A stretch of 63,748 nucleotides of DNA, counting the filler, from Sphaeroforma arctica JP610 (taxonomy: Eukaryota): assembly GCF_001186125.1 (NCBI RefSeq). It is 4 parts of 2 records of this genome, joined end to end, with 100 filler letters (N's around TTAATTAATTAA, not from the genome) between each part and the next. Parts side by side here need not be neighbours in the genome. Positions count along the whole stretch, not along the records: positions 1 to 24,602 come from NW_014040539.1; 3 more parts are not named here. One strand, given 5' to 3'. A program made the translations under genes and the position numbers. Under the pieces are notes generated by a model, which was not told the DNA's origin, searched no databases, and saw nothing but the letters and a program-made list of their open reading frames with translations. Shown piece by piece: positions 11,817 to 24,602 of the stretch. Each line of letters starts with the position of its first letter. The stretch's first letter is position 1.

Positions 11817-13176
11817 ACTGGGTTGAGAAGGGCCTGGGCTATCATCACGCAGAGTCACTTGTTGTCCAAGTATAAGATATAGGTTGTATTTGTACTGTTG
11901 GGTATAGAGTGTCTACTTTACATGTGCTCTGTAGACCCTCGGCAAACCGAGCTGCTGAATGCTAACTGTGACGGTCATCTTGGTCGGACAGAAGTGAAGG
12001 TTCCCACGGAGCTGCTATGATATATTCGATGTGAGCATGCTTGTATTAGATGCATATTTCAGACTAATGCTATCTTAACGCATACGTGAGATCATGTATG
12101 TTCCTGTGAACTATCTGTATATCGCTCATATACTCGCACCTTTGTGTGTGTATTGGACGGTTGTTCATGAGGAAGCAGGGCTAGCTGTGTCGGGTTCACT
12201 GGGTGCTACTTCTCTACCACTACTGTGCAATAAGCCACATCGACTGCAAGCTGCGTAGAACAAGCCAGTATGTCCAACTAGTGAAACACACCGCCAAATG
12301 CCCTCACTCTGCTGAATTGTACTCTGTCCTCTATTCATTAATACTGAACTGTATAATAACATCGCTCTGTCTGTTATTGAATCCGTACCATCTGATCCGT
12401 ACGGCTGTATGCAATCATAGGTGGGCTGGAGTGGAGGGCGTGATGCTGTGTACATGTGCAAAGGCTTCAAGCAACTGCGAAGCCATCTGTGCGGACAGTT
12501 CCCCAAGGAGAAGGACGCTATATACAAGTACTTTGACGAAATCTTCCAGGCGTCTAAGGTATATAAGTGTAAACGTATTGATATAGATAGGAATGATCGC
12601 ATGGGTGTACCGAATGATTGATCATGTTTGTCTAAGTGTGCACGAGACTTTCCTTCCTATCTCTTGTAATGACGGATCGTACAATGCCGAGCTGCGAAGA
12701 GAAACAGAAACGGGGGTTTACACAAGCCTTGTAGAAGCGATTCCCTCTTTAATTGTCTAGCATGCGCTTGTGCTGCGCACTCTTCTTATTGGACACTTCC
12801 GTTTGTCTCTTATACGTGCGCATCATACTAATCCTCTATGTACATGTATATCTGATGACATGATCATTTGCCTATACTTTGGTCATCATACGCTCCCTCT
12901 ACGTACGTGTATATCTGATGATTTGACTACACTTCGACCATCAGGGTGCTAAGGCCATGATTATGATGAAGATCATGCCAAACTTTATCTATTCCAAGTG
13001 CGCTGAGTACTTCGATAAGCTCTACGGAGAATACGGCACACGAAGTGTCATAGATGTCATGCAGGAGTGCGGACTCTCTAATGAAACGATTGGCATGGTA
13101 TGTATGTGCGTATAGTGTACTTAGCCAAATATACAAACAAACAACACACACACACACACACTTATATATATATATG

Positions 13177-13214
<38 letters not shown>

Positions 13215-16200
13215 TGATATATTTATATATCCATCTATGTATCTATATGTGAATGTAATATATATTTGTACATTTGTATATTTGTATAATTATATGTAGA
13301 TACATAGATACATATGCATATACATAGACACACATGCATACATAGGTTTGGATGATTTGTGTGCGTGAATTATCACGGATATCGCTATAGAGCTCTCCGA
13401 TAAAACAGTCACATTGAGAAGTGTCTATGTGGGTGTGTCGCATATAGTCTTCTTAAGCCAACTCATATGACTGCGTATCTAGTTGGGTGAAAGCATCCGC
13501 ACAATGCGAGCGTGTTTATGTGTCTCGTGAAGTCTTTTTGTCCAGCCAAGAAGTCAGTCTACATCACCGCGATGCATTCATGCGGGGACAAACACATACA
13601 TGGCGCCCAAGGAAGCGCCGTGTATTACATCAGGCGTGAGATATTCCATTCACGTGTGTGTTTGATAAAGTAGGTAACATTCGTTTCATGGAGTGTATGT
13701 GCCAACATTCAGCGATGATGAGTTTGGCTCTTAAGGGGATTGTCTGCTGTATTCTCCGAGAAACTCACACCCACCCGGCTCGCCAATCAAATCACTTGTA
13801 TAGTGCTCGTGTTGTGCTGCTTTCATATAAAGCCCCAATGTAACATCTTTCCGCCCACACAAATGTCCGCATAGTGCTCGTGTTTTGGTGCTTTCATATA
13901 AAGCCTGAGTATATCAACTTTTAAGCCTTGAGTATATGAATCATGATTTGGACCAAAACATATCCGAAGTAGCTCAGATGGGAGAGCATTCGACTGAAGA
14001 TCGAAAGGCACCAAGATCGATACTTGGCTTCGGCAGATTTTTTTTTGAAAGATTTTTTTTTCCATGGTTGCTTAATAGCTCTAAGCAAATGAATGACTGT
14101 GTGCAGCCATTTGACCTCTTATACAGCAAACATGACCCCCCAGAGATTAGAATTGTCGTTAATGAGTAGTCAATATTTGTCAACTAAAATATATGCCAGG
14201 TAGAAGTGTGAGCCTTCAGACAGCAGACATGAGCCATATAACAGCAGACCATGTAGTATCCGTCTTAGACTTGCCATCAACGAGTAGTCGATATTTCACA
14301 ACCAAAATATATTCCAGGTAGAAGTGTGTTGATCGGTATATATACGCCTATAAAATGTGACCAGGCCCGCTATATGACTATCTATCGTCAAGGATGGCTG
14401 TATATAGTAAGTATCATCATTTGCTTCAGTGTGTATTTTACTTGGATTTATCCTCAACGTATACACACCAGCACCATTGCACAAAGGGTTCTACCTACTC
14501 TTACTATATCAAACAACCTTCATACCATCACGCGAACATAAAGACGTGCCTAAGAGTCTCTCTACTTGCCCGTTTCAGCTCACCTACAACTGGGGCGACT
14601 TCGGAACGCTGCCGTCCAAAGCACCGTTTCTTCTGCACGCTTTGCATATCATGCATTGGATGAAGGGTGGATGGTTCCCAGTGCATGGACCAGGTATTAG
14701 TGTTCATACGAGCGATTTATAGCTGTCACGCGTGGATATACATATTCATGCATACGTAGCTATACCTGAGATTCCCAGTGCATGGACCAGGTACTGGTGC
14801 TCATACGAGTGATTTATAGCTGTCACGCGTGTGTATACATATGCATGCATATGTAGCCATACTTGAGATTCCCAGTGCGTGGACCAGGTATTGGTGTTCA
14901 TACGAGTGATTTATAGCTGTCATGCGTGGATATACTTATGTGTGCATATGTAGCTATACTTGAGGTTCGCTGCTTCTAGCCCTCCCCCACCCTTCTATAC
15001 TCCCGCTCCCCACCTTACTCCCTTAAGATTGGGTGAGTCATTTGGGGGCAGGTGAAAAGCCTGTGGTATACTTTTCAAACCCGAAAGCGTTGAGTATGTG
15101 AGCTTCCTTCTGCTATTGAACTAATACGCTTTTGAAGTTTCCGTTCAAATTCTTGCCAGTTGTATACAATGAAGTTGCGTTTCCTTCTCATGTTGAGCAT
15201 GTCTTTTATTGTAGGAAAGGAAAGCATAAAATTATGACAAACTGTTCTATTGTCAATATGAAACTCTGTGCGTAGCCCACTCAAGTAGAGTATAAACAGA
15301 TAGGTTGTAGATGATCTAGGCGTGGTGTGTGATATTAGCTCGTTGATTGTCCAAAGACCTTTAATGCGTAGTTAAGTTAAGTACTGATACTGTCCTGTGC
15401 ATAGGCCACTGAAGTAGAGTATAAACAGATAGGGTGTAGATGATCTAGGCGTGGTGTATATTCATAGCTCGTGGATGGTCAAAAGACCTTTAATGCGTAG
15501 TGAGGTAAAGTACTGACTGCGTGCTGTGGGGATGTGGTTCGGCTATCTAGAGCATAGATACCATTAAGCTGTGATGTAGAAGTAGGTGTTGTCTTTACAA
15601 ACGGCTCGGGTGAGGTTTCAAATGCGGTATTCGCTGAAGGGTTTAGGGTTTTTAACCCTTGCATATACAGGCCATGTTTTAGGGGTTTTTAGGGTTTAGG
15701 GTTCTGCACACACCTTAATACAGGCACACACGTAATGGTGTAGAACGTAGGACCCCAACCGCAGGTGATAAATCGGTGCTCCATACATCACTGATTGTGC
15801 ACTGTGTCATATGCCGGTTCGTATGTTGCCTTGTGTACATTCTGTACACCACTGATTATGCACTGTGTCATATGCCGGTTCGTATGTTGCCTTGTGCACA
15901 TCCTGCACACACCACTGATCATGCACTACGCCCTCGCCCGACTACACAGAACAAATCGCGATTACCATCCTGCCCACCATTGAGAAGCCTGGCGGCAAAT
16001 GCTTTGTCAACGCCCGAGTGTCTGAGATTGTGCTGGATAAGAGTGGGGGGGTGGAGGGCGTGCTCATGAACAAGGGTCTCTTCATACCCACCACTAGGGT
16101 TGTCTCCGGAGTGGGGGCGTACAACACGTACACCAAGCTGCTCAGTGACAAGGCCACACTACCACCCCAGGTGAGTAGATTGGGTAAAGGCGGTAGTATC

Positions 16201-18469
16201 CGTGGGTGTTGGGTGTCGGGTGTGTATGTACATTTGTTGTAGCTTGTTGTTGTGTGTATGTGCACTTGTTGTAACTTGTTGTTGGGAATAGAGTTTGTGG
16301 TGGAGTTGCCTGGCATCTCAGTAGCCAAGACTGTACCTGGAATGTGGTCATGCAACAGAATACCTGCGTCATGCCCCCGCAGTAAACGGTCAAGACTTCC
16401 ACCCCAGATGAGATGTTCTTGTACATTCGTGGCATGGTTGTGTGCTGTGCGTGTACTGTTGTATGTATTGAACGTATATGTAAACCCTAATGTTTGTGCC
16501 CTCTGTGTGTACTGTTGTATGTGTTGTAGGTATGCGTACATATGAGTTGTGCGAAGTAGTATTTATCTTTTATTTTTTGCATTTAGAGGTCGCCATGCAT
16601 ACAATCAAGGTCGTACACAAGACGGGGGCAAAAGGAGTCCAACCCACACAGCTCAGGTACAGGGCGTTAAAATGTCTGAAACTTACGAGATAATGGTTAT
16701 GGACAGGCGAGTAGAACAAATTTGGTGTCTGTGTTGTACGGTTACACGAGCAATTGCTTTGATTCAACATTTCTTTTCCTTCAGTGGAATAGGCGCATAC
16801 AGCTATCGCGGGAGGGCCTGAGATACATCGTATAGGTGCCGTGGAGAACTACCTACACAATACAATATGATGCACCCCAACTGCATCACTCCGACCATTG
16901 CTGTCCTTCCCAAAACACGGGGCGTTTAACCAACCAAACTCAACTCAAAACACCACACAGATCCGAGATACCCGCAACGCCCTGACCTCGCAAGAGCTGC
17001 CTCTGGGCGGTACCATGATGTCACTCTTCATCGGGTTGGAAGGGACTGTGGAGAGTCTGGAGGTGCCCAAGCACAACAAGTGGGTATTCCCGACTTGGGA
17101 TCACGACGCAAACCAGAAACGCCAGGATGACGAGGGCCTGGATGCACCTTTTCCGGTCGTGTAAGTGTGTGTTGGTGTTGCGAGGTTAAAGGGAGGCGCT
17201 TGCTGATGGGTGTGTCCGTACCCCTGCGGTGTTGATGATTCTGGTGTGATATTGGATGGCCATGATCAGATAGGCAATGCATACGCTATATACTCACTTT
17301 GTATGGAAGTGTCAAATCATACTGCGGTTAGGCTATATCGGTTCCCGTGCATTAGGAATGAGGCGATGTGCGGGGCAGATCATAATCCTTGTACTCTTGA
17401 TCGATAGGTGAACTACAGTCGTTCATTAGAATACGACTACTCGTCAACACAAGGATGCGCCTATTGCGCTCAATACACAGGCCACAGATCCTCACATGTG
17501 TGTCCTTAACTGTGCATTACCATGTATCGGTACTGTCTGTTCTCGCCTTGAATACTCTCCGTTTCATGTCTCTATCTGTGAACTACTAATGGTAATACAT
17601 GTACATACCCTGAATAATTGCAGGTATCTTTCCTTCTCGTGTGCGAAGGATCCCAAGTGGGCCGAAAAGTACCCCGACACCTGCGTCGCGGAAGTGCTGG
17701 CACCCATCCCATATAGGTATGATGAAATGTTGTCACATGGCTGATCCAAAGCGCTGTATACATAAGATTGTATTTGCATTCTATTGATTCGATGTGTAGA
17801 TTTTGAGGACATTTAGCTGGCTCACGTACATGCGTGCCTGTTATTTTAATAAATCGGTAGGAAGGTTGACATGGTAGAAATAAGCCGCAGTCACTCAAAC
17901 CGTACATCCCGTTGTATTCACCTTTTAAAAGCATGTTCGAAGAGTTCGAGAAGTCCGTACACAAGAAGCGAAATGACAGCTACGACGCGCTCAAAGAGGT
18001 GTTCCAGGAGAAGATGATGGATGTTGTGTACAAACGGTTGCCTCAGTTTAAGGGCAAGGTTAAGTATGTGAACCTCGGATCCCCCCTCACCAATAACCAC
18101 TACTACAACACGCACAAAGGGGAGGTGTACGCCTTGGACCACTCGCTGGTACGCTTCTCCGTGCACAACCAGAAGAACAGACTGCGGCCGACTACCGAGA
18201 TCAGGGGCTTGTATCTGACGGGACAGGATGTATTCATGTGCGGCATTATGACGGCTATGTATTCCGGCGTTATGACTGTAGCTAGCATGTCCTGGATGGC
18301 TTTGTTCAAGAACTTAGATATTCTGCTGCGCAGGGTTCCGTCCGTGTACGGTGAGACGCGAGTGAAATCGGACGGGAACGAATATGGTGTGCTGAAGGAT
18401 AGTGCCGTGTTCAAGATACTGATGGTGGTAATCTTCGCTATGCTGTTTCGGGCGCTTCTCGTAGGGTAG
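11817..18469 (+). CDS. RETSAT: All-trans-retinol 13,14-reductase (retinol saturase)-like FAD oxidoreductase, spliced; 5' end uncertain or damaged
   Basis: Phase-consistent GT-AG exons 12421-12558, 12945-13097, 14579-14693, 15950-16170, 16961-17160, 17624-17716 and 17932-18469 give FPKEKDAI, YNWGDFG..P, HAL...GGWFP, SFSCAKDPKW, GSPLTNNHY...GEVYALDH and GLYLTGQD. Putative upstream exons at 11817-~11870 and 11935-12030. Confidence 0.85.
13963..14035 (+). tRNA. tRNA-Phe(GAA), intronic, slightly atypical
   Basis: Cloverleaf TCCGAAG/CTTCGGC, D stem GCTC/GAGC, anticodon arm TTCGA-CTGAAGA-TCGAA, T stem CCAAG/CTTGG; followed by an oligo-T Pol III terminator. Confidence 0.85.
14675..14965 (+). repeat. 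3 x 97-bp tandem repeat including an exon end and 5' splice site
   Basis: Units start TTCCCAGTGC at 14675, 14772 and 14869. Confidence 0.9.
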
Positions 18470-18714
18470 GGAGATAAAATATCAATGTGAGCAATACATT
18501 CTCATATTCTATCTGTATTTATCTAATTTGGCTTGCACTGATTGCTAGTCTTTAATTGACGTATCAGATTTCAAATAAACTGCCACGATTCACAAGGATT
18601 ATGTTTACGCACACAGAATACTCGGATGTTTCCTGAATATCTTCAATACGACTATTGGCAAGCTACAATATACGTGCATGATAGATATATATTAAAATAC
18701 TTGTCTGTTTCTCG

Positions 18715-18788
18715 TCTCTGTTAACTCAGTTGGTTAGAGTGCGGACCTAATAAGTCCGAAGTCACCAGTTCGAGCCTGGTACGGAGAA
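18715..18788 (+). tRNA. tRNA-Ile(AAT)
   Basis: Acceptor TCTCTGT/ACGGAGA, D stem ACTC/GAGT, anticodon arm CGGAC-CTAATAA-GTCCG, T arm ACCAG-TTCGAGC-CTGGT, then TTTTT. Confidence 0.93.
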
Positions 18789-19302
18789 TATTTTTCAATA
18801 TTATTTGGGGCGGCAATTGGGCCAATTTCAGAGCGGTATAAATATGTTCTTCAAATATGCGTTTGTAATGGAAACATAGCCCTCTAAAAAGACAGGAAAG
18901 CATTTTCTCAATTTGTGTCGTAATTGTATCGATAAGTATTGTTGCTGCATATGTATCTGTCTTTCAGTTTTATTATTAGGGTCGTCCTTAACGGCAAGGT
19001 AAAGTGGTGCCACCGCATGTCGGAAGCAAGTGACTACACAAGCCTCCACCACTTTAGTCTTATTATGTACCAATGGCCTCCAATGTAATCGTCACTAGAC
19101 CTTCGTCTATTGACTACCATTGTATTTTACTAGCTCTGCAGGTGCGCTGTCCTTTCGTCAAGTGCTTGATATCGCGCAAGCCACCCTTCATTTTAGCTAC
19201 TGTGTTGTCTATTCGTTAACCGAGCCTCGCATTAACTCTTGGTGATAGTGCGAAGCGTCGTACTAAATTATTAAATTATCACATATTCCCAACGTGAGGT
19301 GG

Positions 19303-19821
19303 TCAGCATTTTTTTACATGACGAGATGTGACTACCCATTTGATGACAGCGGATACTATTCGTTTGCAACTTTTGCGCAATTTAGGCGGGTTTTCGGCCA
19401 TGAAATACCTTAGCTCAACTTCAATGTTTGCATTGTCTTTCAGATGCGATCCATCATATTCATCGTCGTGGCCAATGTCTACAGGTAGGATTGTAGCACC
19501 CAGACAGTCTACAACCCGTATCTGCGGTGAGTTGCTGGATGGATGATATGTGTATGTCCAAGAACTACCATTATGAAAGCTGCCAATGCGATCTCGGAGG
19601 TCAACACTACTATACTCTTGTGTGGGCATTACCATTTCTGACCCGTGCATAACCTTCAACATTTTTGAGGGCATTGTACAGGATTGACTTGGGTGTCCAA
19701 GTCTGCTTGCGAAGTCTTGATCGGCTTCAAAGCGAGATTCGATACAGCGCGCAGAAGGACTCGGATTGGTCATCACTGGTTGAGTTGAGGATTGCTTACC
19801 TTTGTGTTTTTTAATTTGCAT
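19303..19821 (-). CDS. Hypothetical protein (172-aa ORF, possibly a terminal exon)
   Basis: Long open frame of normal composition immediately preceded by a TGCAG acceptor; no recognisable domain. Confidence 0.4.
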   Translation of the reverse strand: MQIKKHKGKQSSTQPVMTNPSPSARCIESRFEADQDFASRLGHPSQSCTMPSKMLKVMHGSEMVMPTQEYSSVDLRDRIGSFHNGSSWTYTYHPSSNSPQIRVVDCLGATILPVDIGHDDEYDGSHLKDNANIEVELRYFMAENPPKLRKSCKRIVSAVIKWVVTSRHVKKC

Positions 19822-21411
19822 CCTGCACTCTAGTTGCCAATGGATGAGTGTGGAAAAATTATCTTGTGAGCGGAATATATGTTGAAAATTAAAAAAAGCT
19901 ATGTCAGAATGGAAATATTACGAATGTACAACAAGAGAAGAGCTAAATACGCTTCCATCGAATTCAATATTCTTCAAGTATTGAGGTAAATATAGTATTT
20001 TTTTGCAAATTACAGGCTCTCCAGCCTCCGCAATAAGCCGCATTGCGGCATATTGCGGCATCTACTATCCACTTATCCTCTACTAGGTTTTTAGAGTGGC
20101 TGCTCAAAAGACTATAGAGAGTAGAGGAGAGTGAAAACCGACTCATCACAATTCACATAGCACTGATAGCAGTCTTATGAATCTACTCACATTTTAAAGG
20201 CATTCCGAAGGCCTGATCAGTTGATCACAGGACACACCGACTCAGTGCGAGTCTGTCAGACTGTGAGACTGTCAGACTGTGAGTGTGTGACAGTGTGACA
20301 GTGATCAGTGATCCACTGATCCCTGACCTTGGGGCTTGGCCGCTGCTTCACTACTCTTGTGAACACAAGTCTTGACTCACTGCACAGTGCACAGAGCACA
20401 TACTGAGGAAGTGAGTGAGTACTGACTACACACTAATGACTACTCAGACTTCAGACTTGTGTTGGGAGTTGAGAGTTGGGTACTTGAGCTACTCAGTAAT
20501 ATATCTAAAGGTATGCTTGTTGACAAATTAGTGCACCGATATATAAACGTACTTGCGCTCATCCGGACCCAGGGCCTTGTTTTGTATTTTATTGACATCA
20601 AATTAAGCAAACTTAAAGAGTATATATATTATTTTATAAAAAGAAAAGAAAAACTATCTCACAGGAGGAAATAAACACACCTTTTTTGAAGAAGGTGGTC
20701 GACCGAGAGTCAGGACTCCACTAAATTTTGGACTTTGAACTTTGGACTTTGGACTTTGGAGGCCCTGGCGCACGCGGTCTGCTTTCTGAAATCTGAAATC
20801 TTGTGTGGGGGACAAACCGAAAACGGAAAATGTCGCAGACTCTCGGACTCGGAGACTCGAAGTCGCAACATATATATTTATGTTTGTTTTTGTCTTTTAT
20901 TATATATTTTTATAAAATTAAAATAATAATAAACATTTGTTTTTATGTAGCCTTCTATTTTTTTTAGTCCTTTGAGACTTCGAGACTTGAGAGATGAAAG
21001 TCTGTGACGGTTTGACCTCTCTTGTTTTAGACAAATGTTTCAACAAAAAAAACCCCCCCTGTTTTTCTATTTTTAAAAACGAGCAAACCAAAAACAAAGA
21101 AGAAGACGGAGTCAATGGGTAATGTCATTGACTCTTTAGAGTTATTCATTACTATTTTTTAGAGATCACTCTATCTTTCAAGCACGCAGAAATGAACGAA
21201 ACTTTATTCAATCAAAATGTGTGTAGGACAATGTACAAATATTTAAATAAATAATCAAGCAAGTATTTATTCTTAAGCACTTCTGATTAGGTCGCGAATG
21301 TCAACTATTAACTCTGTAGCTTTAAGGCTTTAGTGCCATACTAAATACTTGCATAGCAACCTTTGCTTTGGAATGCAAGAATCTTAAAACCGTAATTATT
21401 ATTATTTCTAA

Positions 21412-21461
<50 letters not shown>

Positions 21462-23101
21462 AAGATACACTTTACTGTTCCTGTGACTATGACTATACGA
21501 CGCCCGTCACCATAAAATTAGTAACGGTCCAAAACCGCATCCGGTCCATTCGCAAAGGTAGGGTCGATATTTGTGGGCCCACCGGCCACGGAAGGCAACT
21601 TTGGCCCAAGTACCGAACTATTAAGTGTGAAAACTTGCAAAAAATAAATATCTTTAACGATACAGCAGTCAAGTATCAGTTTTCTGTACATAGTCTACAC
21701 CTATCACCTTGCATGGTCCAGCGGAAGGCTTGGCGCAACAACTCCTTTGAAATAAATAATATTATCCCTATCACTTTGAATAGAATACAACACCTTAGAC
21801 TAGAGGAGCCAATGTTCTGTTAAACCTGTAAGCGTGAATTCTTGGATTCATACTTCTGAATTTTATTAAAAAAAAATCGTTTCATAGCCTTAAATTATAC
21901 AAGAGAAGAAAAGAGGGCTATGCAAAATATGATGGTTTGGTTTGCACAATTGCACTGTAGTTAAACAATGTAAACATTCTATTTACAAATGTGGGCGACT
22001 GGAAGGCAAACAGCGAAGCCGGAGGAAGTGCCGCATTGGAAGGCGGAAGCCGGAACTTTGGAAGGCAGCAGCCAATAGGGGGTAAATAGCACTTGGGTCT
22101 TAGGCTCTTGGCAGTGCAGTGAGCAGTCACTGGCTCACTGCAGTGTGCAATGTGCAGTTGTGCATTGTGCACTGGTCTCATATTTAACCCTTTATGAGTT
22201 TATAAAACGAATAGATTTTAATGCGTTAGCGCTAACTGTTTAACGTGTTCGGCATCTGGTTGACTAGTATACGACTAAGAGTCTAAGACTAAATAATGTT
22301 TTAGACTGCTGTTCGACAAATGTGAGCCAGGTATACGTTACATACATACTCTTTTTTACTTTAGCGTTAACGTTAACGTGGGGTGCCTGCGTCGACTGGG
22401 TGTATGTATACATTATGTATACATGTATACATAATGTATACACATGTATACATAGCCTCCGTGGCCGCTGTGGCGCCGCCGCGGCGCCAGGCGCCATGTG
22501 TCTATGTGACCCGGCTTTGTGATATTGCGGGATTGTGGGAGTCTGACAGCTGGCTGAAGTCTGAACTGTGTGCCAGTGTGAGTGTGACAGTGAATGTGGC
22601 GAGTGGTTTCTCAGACTGTGGGACAGCGAAACTCGGAAACTGCGAGCGACGAGTCGGCGACGCATCCTCTGCTGCTCTCAGACAGCACATAATATGCCTC
22701 ATTTAGTCATTGAACATTGCATACAGGCCAGCCTTACGTACATCAAATTGTTTTTTGTTTTTAAATAGACCATATCTGCTCCCTACTTCTACGGCTACCT
22801 CTATATTTCTCTCTATGTACTTGAGTTATGTACTTGAGTAGAATATTCTGTATTTCATAAAAAATATACTGTTCTCTCTCTAGTCTCTATCGGAGTCCAG
22901 AATACAATAGTCTGTCTCTCGCTCAGTGGCAACTGGCATGGATCCACAATCCTGTCTCATGACCCTCACGGCCTCACATCCTCACACTTCCACTCTGAGG
23001 CTCAGTCTTCACTCTTCGGAGGTTCTTTTTGGTAATATTTCATGAGGCTATGCTTTTTTTGTCATTATTGTTGTGTATTTATTGTTGTGTAGATGTTGTT
23101 G

Positions 23102-23535
23102 TGCAAGTTTCGGTCTATTAAGGTGATATTAACGTCTTAGAGTAGTTAAACGCTTAGGTTAGGTCTAAGTATAGTCAAATTCGAAATAAATAAACGAAAT
23201 GAGTCTTTTAGTAGAGTTAGGTATGCCTCGTGAAAAGTGCAATAATACTCTGAGTGATTGTGAGGCTGAGACATTGCCTATATATAATCCTCTCAGTACT
23301 TTTTTCGCCGAAGGGATTTTATTAAGTGTTTCGTTGTCGCTCTTATTGAAACTATGATATGTTTCGTTGGGGAGAATCCGAGAGACTCGTAAAATCCTAT
23401 CTTTAGAAGAAGAAGAAAAATACTCTTGATGTCCATAGTAATTGCATTAACCAATAACTTGTCACTTATCATGAATTACCAATGTCTTAGCCTTCATCAG
23501 ACTGGCACATCTGGTTGGCTAAACGAAGGTTAAAC
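23102..23535 (-). repeat. Partial family A LTR
   Basis: Homologous to 9255-~9700 and interrupted by the next LTR. Confidence 0.85.
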
Positions 23536-24326
23536 TGTAATAAGCCGGGCCTCCACATTAGACTCTATGTATAAACGTACTCTTAAGCAGTACGCAAATT
23601 ATAAACGTACTATTAATAGTACGAGGAACTTAAGTTTCCTAAATGTACTCTTAATAGTACGGGAAACTTAAGTCTCCTAAATGTGCTCTTAATAGCACGA
23701 GGAACTTAAGTTTCCTAAAATGGTTTTTAATGGTTTTATTAATTAAACCTTTTCCATTTTACATATCAGATATTTGGATGAGACCATTAAAAGGCCTCAG
23801 TAAAATACCAAACATAAAACAGTTGGTCTAGTTCTATTAATAGAGCTCTATTTACTTTCCAATTTTATTTATATCTGAATACTTCGGTAGCGAGATGGCT
23901 CAACCGAATATAGGTTTCTAGGGACTATTAACGTTACCTAGTTGATCCTCTGATAAGCCAACCAGATGTGCCAGTCTGATGAAGGCTAAGTCGGTAATTC
24001 TTGATAGTGGCAAGTTATTGGTTACGACAATAACTAAAGACGTCAAGAGTATTTTTATTTTTATTTCTTTTTTCCAAAGATAGGACTTTATGAGTCTCTC
24101 GGATTCGCCCCAGTATAGAGCGACAACGAGACACTGAATAAAATCCCTTCGGCGAAAACAGTCCTGAGAGGATTATATATAGGCAATGTCTCAACCTCAC
24201 AATCCCTCAGAGTATTGCTGTTTTCACGAGGCAACCCAAACTTTATTAAACGTCTCATTTCGTTTATCTATATCGATATTTACACGATATAGAATTTATC
24301 TACGCGTTTATTTATTCTAAGGCATT
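23536..24326 (+). repeat. Family A LTR variant with a 3 x 38-bp internal repeat; lacks the last ~25 bp
   Basis: Starts TGTAATAAGCCGGGCC and is homologous to 6240-6970. Confidence 0.9.
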
Positions 24327-24349
24327 AAACTCGGCTCGGAATTTTTTTT

Positions 24350-24602
24350 CTTCTTCGGTATAGGAAGAATATCAGCCACGTGGGACACGATAGAGGGGTC
24401 CACAACTGCTGCTGGGACTTCGTAAGTATCACTCTTCTCATCATGGTAGGAAATAACAAAAGGTCCTATCGTCTTAGAAGAGAGTTCGGTAACGTTGGCG
24501 TTTCGATTTATAATGTTAACGTAATCGCCGACTTTGAACTGAACAATGTTCTTAGTGTTATTCCATCGGTCATACGCTTTAGGTAGGACGTGATTCTTGT
24601 GC
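24350..24602 (-). pseudogene. Integrase C-terminal fragment of a family-A relative
   Basis: Minus strand reads RWNNTKNIVQFKVGDYVNIINRNANVTELSSKTIGPFVISYHDEKSDTYEV, aligning to RWNTTKKIAEYQVGDRVNI...GPYII...TYEV at 5452-5772. Confidence 0.8.

Noticed and set aside
15638..15702. TTTAGGG telomere-like repeats
   Set aside because: Only a few imperfect units inside an intron; not a telomeric array.
22184..22200. TTAA-CCCTTT piggyBac-like terminus
   Set aside because: No matching opposite terminus found.
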